From Convolutriloba macropyga (lineage: Eukaryota), in assembly GCF_964194025.1 (NCBI RefSeq), contig NC_134469.1, forward strand, positions 76,012,001 to 76,076,000: a DNA stretch of 64,000 nt. Direction: 5' to 3'. Under the pieces are notes generated by a model. It had not been told where the DNA came from. It saw nothing but the letters and a program-made list of their open reading frames with translations, and made no database searches. Numbering within the stretch: position 1 is the first letter of the stretch; every line of letters begins with the position of its first letter. Position numbers and translations under genes: made by a program. Positions 25,101-37,494 of this stretch are shown here, one piece after another.

Positions 25101-28100
25101 TGTCGACACTGGTGGGTTCACTTATCACCTTAGCAACAAATTGATTAAAATTTGGCTCATTACATGAAGCGTTTTGAACAAAACAAGAGTTTAAGATCAC
25201 CGTAGTTTGGGTTAAATTTAACTCAAGAAGGGCGGGCGCGCGTACATAAAAGTTTAATACCCCGTACATTTTTCTTGATTTTTGACAAATTCAAAGCGCG
25301 TACTTTTGAACCTAATTTTGGGTTTGGGGATGCAGGGTGCATATAAGATAATATTGAGTCACGGGCTTCGCGGGAGATTCAAACAGATTTAAACGATAGT
25401 TTGAATTATCAGGAAAGACGAAGATCCTGGACAAAATTAGAAGGTTTAAACGATAGTTTGAATTATCAGGAAAGACGAAGATCCTGGACAAAATTAGAAG
25501 GACCAACGTGCAAGACGGTGAGGCTGGAGGGATCACGCAGCAGATTGGTGCCACTAACATGCCCCAGTTTGCGATCACTGAGTGGAGCAAGTCGGCTAAT
25601 GTCAAGGGATTTGACGAGAGCACCCTGAAGCTCCCGGGATTCCTAGTTATTGATACCCCAGGTGTGAATACGAACCTCCTATTTTGTTCTTGTCGGCTAA
25701 CAGAAAACACTATCAAATTAGATAGATTATCAAATAGATATAGGCTCCCTATTTCTTAAGAAGGCTTTTGAGCGATTTAGTTGATCATGTTCCTAAATTT
25801 AGTAGTTTTTTAGGAGTTTTAGTTTAGGATTTTGTTTTTTTTTGTTAATCAAACAATATTAAAATTTTTTCCTGATGTTCTTCTCTTTCTGCTAGCCACA
25901 TTTGTTTGCAGGTTTTTGTGAGCCCGAGTTTTTTTGCGGAAATTGAAAATGAAAGAGCACCTTTTGTAGTTTTCTCCAACTAACCATTTCATTCATGGTT
26001 TAGACGTCTTTTTCTTCAATTAATTTGTCCTTGTGAAGATAATCAACAGGTGCTCTTTGAAGGCTTTGTTTGAGCCATTGTTAACTCTGGTTATGATTCC
26101 GCATGGTTGAGTTTCACTGTGCTTTAAAAGTCTCCAGCAAAAATTTGACAATGGTCAGCGATGATCGTATGCTTAGCATTTTAATGCTGAATAGAAATGT
26201 TGAAAATCACTTTTTGTAACAACAGGCCACGAATCTTTCACAAACTTGAGAACAAGGGGATCTTCTCTGTGTGATCTGGCAATTTTGGTTGTCGATATCA
26301 TGCATGGACTGGAACCTCAGACCCTGGAATCGATTCAGCTTCTCAAGAATCGACAGGCGCCCTTCGTAATTGCGTTAAACAAAATTGATCGTCTGTTCGA
26401 GTGGAAATCGAACCCGAACCAGGACATCAGAGACACAATTAAGCGACAGAAGAAACATACAAAGGATGAGTTTGAAACGCGTTTGAAGCAGGTGATCGCT
26501 GAGTTTGCCGAAAAATGTGAACTGAATGTGGTCCCATTTTGGGAGAACGAGGATCCTGCAACCTACGTGTCAATTTGTCCAACTTCTGCGCATACAGGTA
26601 TGTTGAATATTGCTTGTTCGTACAACTGCGCATTTAATTCAAGGTTTTTTTTAGTTAACTATGACTTAGTCTTATCCCTCAACTATAGATCTGATAGATC
26701 ATCGGTTCAATTTAAAAATCTCAATTTTGAGGTGTCAGGTTTGTTGAAATCTCTGGTTTTTGATGAAGCTTCTAAAAGTTACTAAGAATGCATTTCCTTT
26801 ATAGAAATGCAACCAACGTTATATCTTTTTTTGCATTTTTCCGAGTTCGTTAACCCAGTACGTATAACCCCAGCTGTGACTCAAAAGATATTTTTAATCA
26901 GAAACGTTAAATTTTTCTTTCGATGGAGATATTTTTCATTTGAAAGAGATTTGATTATACAGAATGATAAGCTGGTACTCGACATGTACTATAATGTGCT
27001 CTATAGGTGATGGGATGGGCAACATGATCTGGTACATGGTGACATTCTGTCAGAGCTTCCTGAAGAAGCGATTGGCCTACAGAACTGAGCCACAGGCCAC
27101 AGTGCTTGAAGTCAAAGAAATCCAAGGACTGGGCACTACTATCGACGTCATCCTCGGTAAGATATTTTAAGATAAATTCAACTACGCTGTCATATAATCT
27201 TTAAACTGCAAGGAATCGATAGCTAAGGGGAATGGAACTTTTTCTAGTCTCTTTAGCTCGTGATTTGGCGTTTTGATAACGGCTTGTCTGCCTAATAAAG
27301 GTAAAATTAGTACTTATAGTAATTGACTGCTATAAAACAGCAAGACTAATAATTTTTCAAATAATATTTGCTTTCCATTGCGAGAAATTGAATATTTCCT
27401 ACACCGTTTCCATAATTTCAACAATTGACCAAATACCAATTGGCAGCTAAGACTACTTGATTTGAAATTTTTGTCTCTAAGATAGAAGGTTGTTTTAGTG
27501 AACGGACGCTTGAAAGAGGGTGTGCCAATTGTCGTCGCTGGCTACGAGGGTCCTATTCAGACTTATGTGAAGGCTTTGTTGGTGCCACCTGCAATGAAGG
27601 AGCTCCGTGTAAAAAATCAATATGATAAAGTCAAACAGGTAAGTGTATCTAACTTTCTAAATCAATGCTTCGCATGTGATTGAAAGAAATCTGTAAGATC
27701 AATAGACGTGAGACAATACTCAAAGTTATTATTTATCTGATTTTGTATTTTTTAAGACGCATCATCATATTATTGTCCTCTTATATGTTAGAGTATTTGA
27801 TCTTCACTCATTTTGGCTTCCATTATTAGGATTTAGGTGACTTCCTTTTATAACCCATCTCAATTTTCTGGCGTCTAGCGCGCCGACCACATATTTGCAA
27901 GCTCGATCTAATTAACATTATTTACCGACTTCTGTTTTCGAATATTGGGCTTTTGTAGTAATTCAGTTCCTAGTGTAAGCTAACGAGGAAGTGATGTTAA
28001 TAGCAGTCATTTAAGATTGGACCACTAAACGGTACTATTGAGCTCATTCCGCCAATCTGTCCCCCACCCGTTGGTAAGATTAGTCTAGCGTTTCTATTGT

Positions 28101-31100
28101 ATGACTCTTTGAGTCGTTTCCGTTACTCTACCTGCTGTTTTTTATGCAAAATTTTTGCCTGAACGATATGACTTTTCATGCGACTTTTACGCACTTGACT
28201 TTTTGAGTGATCTAAATTTCTCTATAATTCACAATTTTCACACTCAGTTGGCGGCAGTTTACTGCTAAAATTCAACAGAAAAGTCGCCGAAATTTGTGTC
28301 TTTTTTTACAATTTCAATTTTACGAAGTTTTAAAAGTTCACGAAATATATGGACTATTCTTTGCATAAAACATTGTCTCTTTCATACCATTCGCTAATTG
28401 TTTTGTCCAACAGAGTTCGGCTTTTTTAAAAACCGGAGGAGCCAACATTTTGAGCGATATCGATTTCTTAACGCAAAAATTTCATATTTATTAAAACCAA
28501 ATAATTAAAGAATTAAATTTGTTCCGAAATCTAATGATTTAAAAACAATGCTTCTGTTTGAGTAGATTTTCAATAATTTACAAACTGAATCATGTCTAAT
28601 TATTTAGAAATAGAGTTGTTTTGATTAAAATAATAGAATAATAAGAAATGAATAGGAAAACGATCTAATTGGTTTCACTCTAGTTTAAATAAGGAGGCTC
28701 GGTAATGTGCGTACGCACATGAGGTTCCGACCCCGCTCATCCACATTTCTGAGTTAATTGGCTACCAAATGATGAAGAGTTAGAAAACCTTCAACTACAT
28801 ACATATCGTTCAATAAACAACCAATGGTATACAATGGTTTCCCGCCTTTTCACCCCTACTCATTTAAACCCGATTTATTCACCCCTGTATCATTTAATCC
28901 CTCTATCTTTTAACCCCTCTATCCTTTCACCCCGTTTTTAATCTTTCTATAAGAAAGGATTATTAAATTAGCAATATAATCATTTGGCCATTCCTCGCGG
29001 GCCATGGCCATGCCTCAGCTGCCCGTGGGATTTGATATGAAACTATGAAAACCGAAGGGGACTAGTTTATTCACTTTGTTATGGCAGAACATGCTTTTAT
29101 GTCGACTGCTAATTGGCGGGATGAAATGATATAGGGGTGAAATGATAGAGGGGTTAACTGATAGAGGGGTGAACAAATCGGGGTTAAAAGATAGGAGGTT
29201 CAATGAATAGGGGTGAAACTATCAAAACCGATCGTGGGATTAATTTACTTAATTATGACAAAACGTGTTTTAATGTCGACTGCTAGTTGGCGGGATGAAA
29301 TGATAGAGGGTGAAATGATAGAGTGGTTAGATGATAGAGTGATGAACAAATCGGGGTTAAAAGATAGGCGGTTAAATGAATAGGGGTGAAAAAAGTAGAA
29401 GCGGATATAAAATTGCCAGCTTAGAGGGCCAATGAACGTTATTGATAATAGGATTAATAGAAACGAAAATAGTAAATATCAAACAACAAACACTATTTAC
29501 GACCAAAACTTGATGGCTATAATAAATAAAATCATAAAATCAAACTCGCATCAGATAAAAACTAAACAAAGCAATTTGATCTTTGATCTATACTTAATTT
29601 GAAACGATATGAGACCTGTTCTCAATGCGACTGGTTGGAAGGTCGACAAAAAGAGTAAAGAGGTGCGCAAGTCAAAAACACGTTTTCGTTTTTGAAAACA
29701 ATTAATTTTACCGTTATTTACGTCATTAGATATCAACTGAATTCCTAAAATGTTCATTTATATCCCAATAGCAAGCAATTGAGACATGTCATTATCCAAA
29801 TTTCATTTGCACAAACTTCAAAGCCAGTGGAACCTACGATCATTGTTATATATTAAAAAGGAAACAAAAGTCCTATAAATTGTACAAATATAAAAATTCT
29901 TAAATATTTTATGAAATCTTGTAGTTACAGTAGTAACAAAGCCGAGAAACAAATGTTTGAAACTAACACCGTTGTAGAGATCAAATTGTAGTTCACTGGA
30001 AACGGGTTGTGACCTGTGTTTACGGAGACTGAGCTACAAATTGACCGAAAAACTTTAAAAAAAATGACGAATTTCAAAAACAAAAATATGTTTTTGAAAA
30101 CAGTTTTTTAGGTCATAACAGACTTTAAAGTTCAACAAACAGCAATAGAATAAGTTGCAATACCTCAGGAAACCAATTGGGCCTGTTAATAATGAGACGA
30201 AGTCACGACCCCACAAAATGACTATAAATATATAAAGAAGCCAAAACTTTTACGAGATCCCACTATTCGAGGTTCTTTAATTATAAAATGACTTCTGCAA
30301 GACCTGTAAGTTGCACTTTTTTCTTCATTTTAGCATCAATGAGCCTTATTTTTAAAAGGACTACGAGGAGATGATAACAAAAGGAACCCAAAAATTTAAC
30401 GGTATAGAAATCTCGAAAGATTTTTGAGAAATTAGTGGTTGAAGCAATAGGTCATAATGTATAACCAAACGCAACAAAATGTATGAATCAACAAAAGTAA
30501 TGGTAAATGAAAAAAAGGTACATTTACAAAAATTTTTTTCAATATTTTAGTCATTGAAACAAACATATAAACTGAAATCTTCAACTGGGTTGAGTTATAC
30601 GTCTTGGGGAAGCAATTGAGACCTATTGCTATCAGGTATATGGCGTACAACATCGAAAAATGACATATATAGGGAAAAACAGAAAAAGTCTATTTAAATT
30701 CTGCGAGATAACTGTCTCAGCGCAACTATGTAACTAAAACAATAAACATATCCAGATACGCTTTTTTCTAACCCTGTGCATTTTCCCTACTATGCTTTCC
30801 TTCAATTGGACCTGTCAATAATATGATAATTTGACAAGTAAACAAAATGAACTAATAAAATATGCAATTATGCTCAAAATGAAAAAAAATTAGAAAACGC
30901 GTTGTAAAAAAGCATAGAACCATTACGAACAATTATTTATAACCCACAGTAAATCGGTTTTCGCTTGTTTTTACTGAGACTGCGCCCGAAATTAGAGAAA
31001 TAAGACGAAAATATTGGCAAAGTTAAAAAATTAACTGATATTTTCTAAAAACAATTATTTTCAAAGTCAAAACAGACATTAGATAACAACTGAAAGAATT

Positions 31101-34100
31101 GTCTAGATTCATTTATACCTCCGAAGAATTAACAGGATCTTTGACTGGGGACAATAAGTCATTTAACTACAAAAGGGATAACAAATGAAAGCAAAAATTC
31201 AAGATGTACATAAAAAAATTTTTACGAAAACAATTGGTCAGAGCCACAAAAACTATGAGCTTATTCTGAAACTATCAAGATCAGCCCAGATGTTACTGCG
31301 CGTCTAACAAATTACTAATTTTTTTCAAATTGTTGCAAAAAAGATGAATTTTCAAATTGTTGCAAAAAAGATGTAGCTCGTTTGTCAGCTTAAAAAGAAA
31401 ATGATTGCATTTTTAAGGTATCTACTTACAGCAAATTTAAAATAATTGGGCTAAGAAAGCAAATCTGATCCCGAAAAAAAAATGGAATTTTGAAAAATTT
31501 AGTAAAAATTCTAACAAAAAACTCAGACCTAAGAATTCTGCAACCCTTCCCTATCTTTAGAGATAAAATCAATAACACTACAGCAAAAAATTTGAACAAA
31601 TTTTTGCAAAATTGACGAAAATTAGGTCAAAAATACCAAAAATGTGAAAACATGAATTACGTCAATTATTCACAAAACTTTAAACATCGATAACTCCCTA
31701 TCAAAAGGGAAAATCGAAAAAATCTTTTTTATTCCAAATTCTACACTGTACGGGCTTTTTAATGATACCACTCACAACTTTCTACGATGATTATATCGAT
31801 CGGCCAAAATTGTCTGAACAAAAAATAACCCATTTGAGTATATAGTTCCTCCCCCACTAAAGTGGGTCGGAACAACAAACTCTGAAGACGTTGACCTTCA
31901 GTGTTTTGAAGCTTGGGGAAATTTACCCCAGTGAGATTGTAAGCGTGTCGTAAACTGTCAAAGCGCACAGGACCCAGAAAGTAACTGAAAACGAATATTC
32001 CCATTTTGTAAAACACAAAGTCAAATGAAAATTTAATTACTGTTTCTTTTTAAAATTGGGAGTGCTTGAACCAAAATTTCTTGCCTATATTTTTGACTGA
32101 ATCAAACAAGGTTTGAATAAAATTCCCAGACAATGCAAAAACTGAAATAGAAAATTTATTTTCTTTGAATGATTCTCTTTCGCTTGTTTAAAAAGTCTTC
32201 GCCAGCAACACATGCATAATTTATTAAATCAATAGTGCAAACCATTTTGGTTTTCATTTTTTCATTTTGGAGATTGGATGTGTCAATTGTTTGGGAGATT
32301 AAAAGCGATAAGGCACTTTAAAGATTGGAACTAATATCTGTCAAAAAAGTAACATTTGGAACGTTATAAAATTTCATTGACAATTATTATTTAATCGGAA
32401 CTAATGAATTTTTTTCCGTTTCTTCTGTTGGCGATCATCTATTGTAAAATGCATCATGTTGATTTTAAAAAAAAATTATCCAAAAAAGTATTTCGGAAAA
32501 CAAATGAATCAGTTAACAACCTTGAGGGGGCGTATTGATACCTTCTGTGCTGTGCACACTTGAAGGATTCCGGGTTGGTTCTTAACTTGGAAACAAAATT
32601 TGTAGCAGTTATATCAGTCTTGCGCTCTATTTTTATGCGGTTTTTGCTCGGCCGATTTTTTGTCTGACCTTTTGACTTTTTGTCCTCTAAAATGGGATAA
32701 CCAGGTAACGCCCAGAGGGCATTAAGTTCTTTATACCGTATGCGATCCACTGATTCCGTTTTCGAGACATAAAATCATTGCGTGAAGGAAGGTTCCTAAC
32801 CATGTTCTCTCCTCTTCCCTACTTCACCTTCCGTTGCCCAGCGCTCTGTAACCCCTTATGAGTCCGCACACCCACGCACTTCCTCTCTGCCCCCCCCCCC
32901 CACCGCGCTCATCTCATGCCCCTTTAATTAAGCTAAAACTAGCATCCCTAAACCGTAGCTAGCTACTGAAGCCAACGGCTCGCTAGTTGTTTGAGAGCAA
33001 TTCGCCCGACGTTAGTTGGTTATGTTTAATAGCCGCCCTCATCTTCTTAGCAGGCTTTCATTGCGCTGCTATTGATTTTGTTTACTTCGTCGGATAAAAA
33101 TTTATTTTGCTTTACCTCATTTTGCCGCTCTTCCGACATTTTCCGGGAAAGCGTTTTGACTTATCAAGACTAGTTGCTCAGCAAAGCAATCTAAATGAGT
33201 GGCGTCATGAAAACAAAATCAAGAATAGAAATGGGATAAAAACGTAAAGCCCATTTTTAGTTGCCTGATAGTTCAACTTTGCTCTTCTAAGTCTTAGTTA
33301 CCATCTCCTATGCGTATTGGTTTTGATAGTAGCATTTGTATCCTCTCAACAAGAAGCAGGAGTATATCTAACAGTGGAATGAAATCAAAATTGTTCGCAC
33401 TTAAAAATTTTGTTGGACAAAAATGATTGATGTACTAGCAAAATTTTTTAAGTGCAAACAATTTTGATTTCATTCCACTGTTAGACATACCTCTGCTTCT
33501 TGAGAGGATACAAAGGATAGTATCAAAACCAATAAGCATACGAGATGGTAAGTAAGACTTATAAGAGCAAAGTTAAACTATTTCTTCTGTTCTGTCAATC
33601 CTAATCGGGTTTATGGGAAGCAGTAGCGGATATTTCCCGGCAATCGGCTGGTTATGATAACCCAATTTTAAATTATTATAAAACTCTGTTTAGTTGTTGT
33701 CGCCTGTTTATTTTGGATTGATTGATTCCAAACCATCAATTTTTGGTTGTTGCGGTAAAACGACAGATGTTCCTTTTCCATAAATATTTTTAAAACACAA
33801 GGAGTCCCATTTTCCTCTTTCAAAACAAAAGTTTCCAAACTGAACACATGTATCGTCTTTTTACGGGGTTGAGGATTGGATGACTTCAGGGAAATTTTGG
33901 TTATAGGTGCGAGCTGCGACTGGTGTGAAAATCCTGGCTAAAGACGTGGAGAAGGCGTTGGCTGGAATGCCGATGCTGGTTGCAGCCAGAACTGACGAGC
34001 AAGAGTTACTTACGGAGGAAATGGAGAAGATACTAGCCAGTATGATTTCGTCAATCAAACTCAATGACAGAGGCGTATACGTGCAGGCATCTACGCTTGG

Positions 34101-37100
34101 TATGGCTTTCTTTTTAAATTTCACCTCAAACAAAAAGCAATATTTGAGGCTCTTTGTTCACCTGTAAACGGTTAACTTGTAAATTAGATGAAAGGTGGAA
34201 TCTTTTCTGTTTCGCCCCAATGTTTTTCATGTGACCGAATTACAAAATGAAATGTTATATAGCACGTTACTATGTTAAAAAAAATTAGCACGTGCGGGCG
34301 TAAAAGATAATATGCCCATTAAGCTGGGCGGGAGGCTGATACAGAATAGATCCGAAAGGTGCTCTTGATTGATAACAGTGCTATCATGATTTTTCGCCGT
34401 GCTAGTTTTTCATCGTATATCCGCCAGCCCCACCATTTTCAGCTCCTAAAAACAAAAACAAAATCCGCTGAGTTGGTTTTATGTATTCTAGAGAAAGCTG
34501 TTTCCACGTGGCTTTTGAATCTAAAGGAAATGATTTTAGGTTCACTGGAGGCTTTGCTGGAGTTCTTGAAGCAGTCACAAATTCCGTACTCTGGCATAAA
34601 CATTGGCCCAGTTCATAAGAAGGATGTCATGAAGGCTACTACAATGCTGGAGCATAACGAGTTATACGGTGTCATTCTGGGTAATGACTCTTGCAGTACC
34701 TCTTGAAATAGACGACTATTTTTTAGGGAATGATATTCTATTTTCATTTCTGCTCTCTTGACGCACCTACATTCCATGGATTTTTAATACTTTCTAAAAA
34801 CTTATTCCGAGAAGTATTGATTTAGTTTATCAAGCTAAGTAGCTCCAAGTTTGTGCCCTATTGAAATATATTTGTTATCTTATTCATATCTTTTCGTACA
34901 TAGTTTTATTTGTTCAGCTTTCGATGTAAAAGTGGAACGAGACGCACAGGAAATGGCAAACACATCCGGCATCAGAATATTTACAGCCGACATCATTTAC
35001 CACCTGTTCGATAAGTTCCAGGCCTACAAAGATGAGCTCAAACAGAAGGCCAAAGACAAACACAGACATCTGGCTATTTTCCCATGCAAGCTTCGAGTGT
35101 TGCCCAACTGCATATTCAACACTCGAGACCCAATCATTATTGGAGTCACCGTTGAAGCAGGAATTGTCAAAGCAGGAACTCAAATTTGCGTGCCCTCCAA
35201 GTAAGCGGTACAGTTAATTGCTCCTAAAGTTTGAAGCAATGGTTGTCTGTCTCTTTTTTGGAGCAACAAATTTTTCCTAGAATGTTATATCCCTAACTTG
35301 AGCAATTTGAATTTTCGATTGATTTTCATGCTTGAAGTCCAGATTTTTGCGTGATCAAATTCGCTCCCATTTAGGATTTAAGCCGGTATCATAATTTGCG
35401 GCAGTTAACTTTTTAACCTTTTATCAATAGACGCACAGCGAAAGCTGAGGCTCGGGCTATTATTGTCTCTTGTTTTTTACAATTCAAAGAATTTGAATTG
35501 TATTGAGCGCTGTCTTTTTTGAGATCTGTTCACACATTTTCATGATTTTGAAGTCAAATTGGAGTAGTGATTTTGGTCACGCCGAAACAGGAAGTGGAGC
35601 GAAAAAGCGAGTGGTTTTGCGGCGTGAAATTTTTTCGCTCTAAATTTAAAGTGGAGTGAGAAAACGGTGTTTGAACAGAAATTCGCTTTCTCGATAGTGG
35701 TTTTTTGTTCACATGCGGCAATTTCAGTATGATTTTTACTGTTTTTTCGATTTCTTGAATTGGATTTCTTTCTAAATGGTTTTCCCAATCCATTCATAGT
35801 TCGTTCTAGGCCTAGCTTTTTGTATAGTCAATGAAAATTCTTTGAATTGTACGTCAGGAGTTGTCGTGCTGTTTTTTTATTTCGTCGTCAAGAGTTTTAT
35901 TACGACCATATGACGTCACAACCACTTCAAATCTTCTTATTGTTCATTCGTTCATGCAATTTCAACTGATTTGCGTGTGCGACTTCATTTTTCACTCTTA
36001 GTGGAGCGAGTTTTTTTTTGTTCATTTGAGTGAACAAGTTTTTGGTCACACGTGACATCCGTCACGATGACTACCTGACTCTAAAATTGGCTTCTCTCTA
36101 CTGTAAATCAAAGAGATAGGGTTAAATGAGTGCGTGTCACTCTAAATGAAGGGTATTTGAGGGCACCTATTAGAAGTAGCATTAAGTTAAACGAATTCTT
36201 AATTATGAAAAAGGTTAAAGGGTTTTTTTTGGGTCTGTATCTTTTATTTTATATTTGAGACTGCATGTCTACGAAGCTATTGCGGCTATGTTCTGGCTAT
36301 CTGCCAGCTATGTTTTTCTGTTTCAATCCCGATGTGCGTCTAGTGCATCAACGGGGGCTATTTTCTGGCAATCTGCCGGCTATGTTTTACTGTTTTTTTA
36401 GACTGCAGATCTACGACGCTATTGTGACTATTCTCTAGCAATGTGCCAGCTATTTTTAAAACTGCGCAAAAATTGGTTCAGTTTTCGCTCTATATCTTAG
36501 TAGTGGTCTGTAATAAGCTAGATTAACATTTTAAGGCAGGCAACTACCTCCCCCTGCGGAAGTAAGGTAAAATTGAAACTTGCCGCCACCAGTCGTTCGA
36601 CAGCTATTCATCCGACTTTAGTCAGTTTGTTTAAACTTCCTGAATGAATTGTAGAGAACATTGTGAAGTCTATATTGAAAATTTTTTGGTTTCATTAGAT
36701 ATCCTTGAAGCCAAAAGAACTACTGCGCAAAAATTGGTTCAGTTTTCGCTCTATATCTTAGTAGTGGTCTGTAATAAGCTAGATTAACATTTTAAGCCAG
36801 GCAACTACCTCCCCCTGCGGAAGTAAGGTAAAATTGAATCTTGCCGCCACCAGTTGTTCGACAGCTATTCATCCGACTTTAGTCAGTTTGTTCAAACTTC
36901 CTGAATGAATTGTAGAGAACATTGTGAAGTCTATATTGAAAATTTTTTGGTTTCATTAGATATCCTTGAAGCCAAAAGAACTACTCGATTATTATTCGGG
37001 GATGTCAAACCACGTTTCACTCTGCTTAGGTGAAGTCAAAACTTCTCTGTAAATATCTGGGAAGCGATAGCGGAGCTAAGCCATATATTGGAGCTGCCCC

Positions 37101-37450
37101 CCCCCCCCCCCCCCCCCGAGACTCCAATAGATTAGAGCTCCAAATAGTCTTTTGGAGTAATAATTTGACCATAGTCGATTGTCTTTTAATTTCATCTTCT
37201 TCACGGGCAAAAGCTCCAATGAGCAGCTTTAGTACCTATTCGTGATACCTCTGAACAGCTTTTGTATATATATAAACATTCAATTACCTCAATCGACATT
37301 TAGCTCATGAAAATGTAAAAAGCAAAAAGCTCAGGTGAAACAAAAAGCTCATGTTGCTCAGATGAAACACCGCTTATTGCAAGCTTTTATTCAACATCTG
37401 AAACACAAAACACACACATACACACATATATATATATATATATAAATATA

Positions 37451-37494
<44 letters not shown>

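Noticed and set aside
24969-27156. Bacterial or organellar IF-2, or horizontal transfer
   Set aside because: Motifs ([26 protein letters not shown]) are eIF5B-type and the gene has 13 spliceosomal introns.
28691-31875. Autonomous Helitron/Helentron
   Set aside because: No HUH Rep or Pif1 helicase motifs in any frame; only short AT-rich ORFs.
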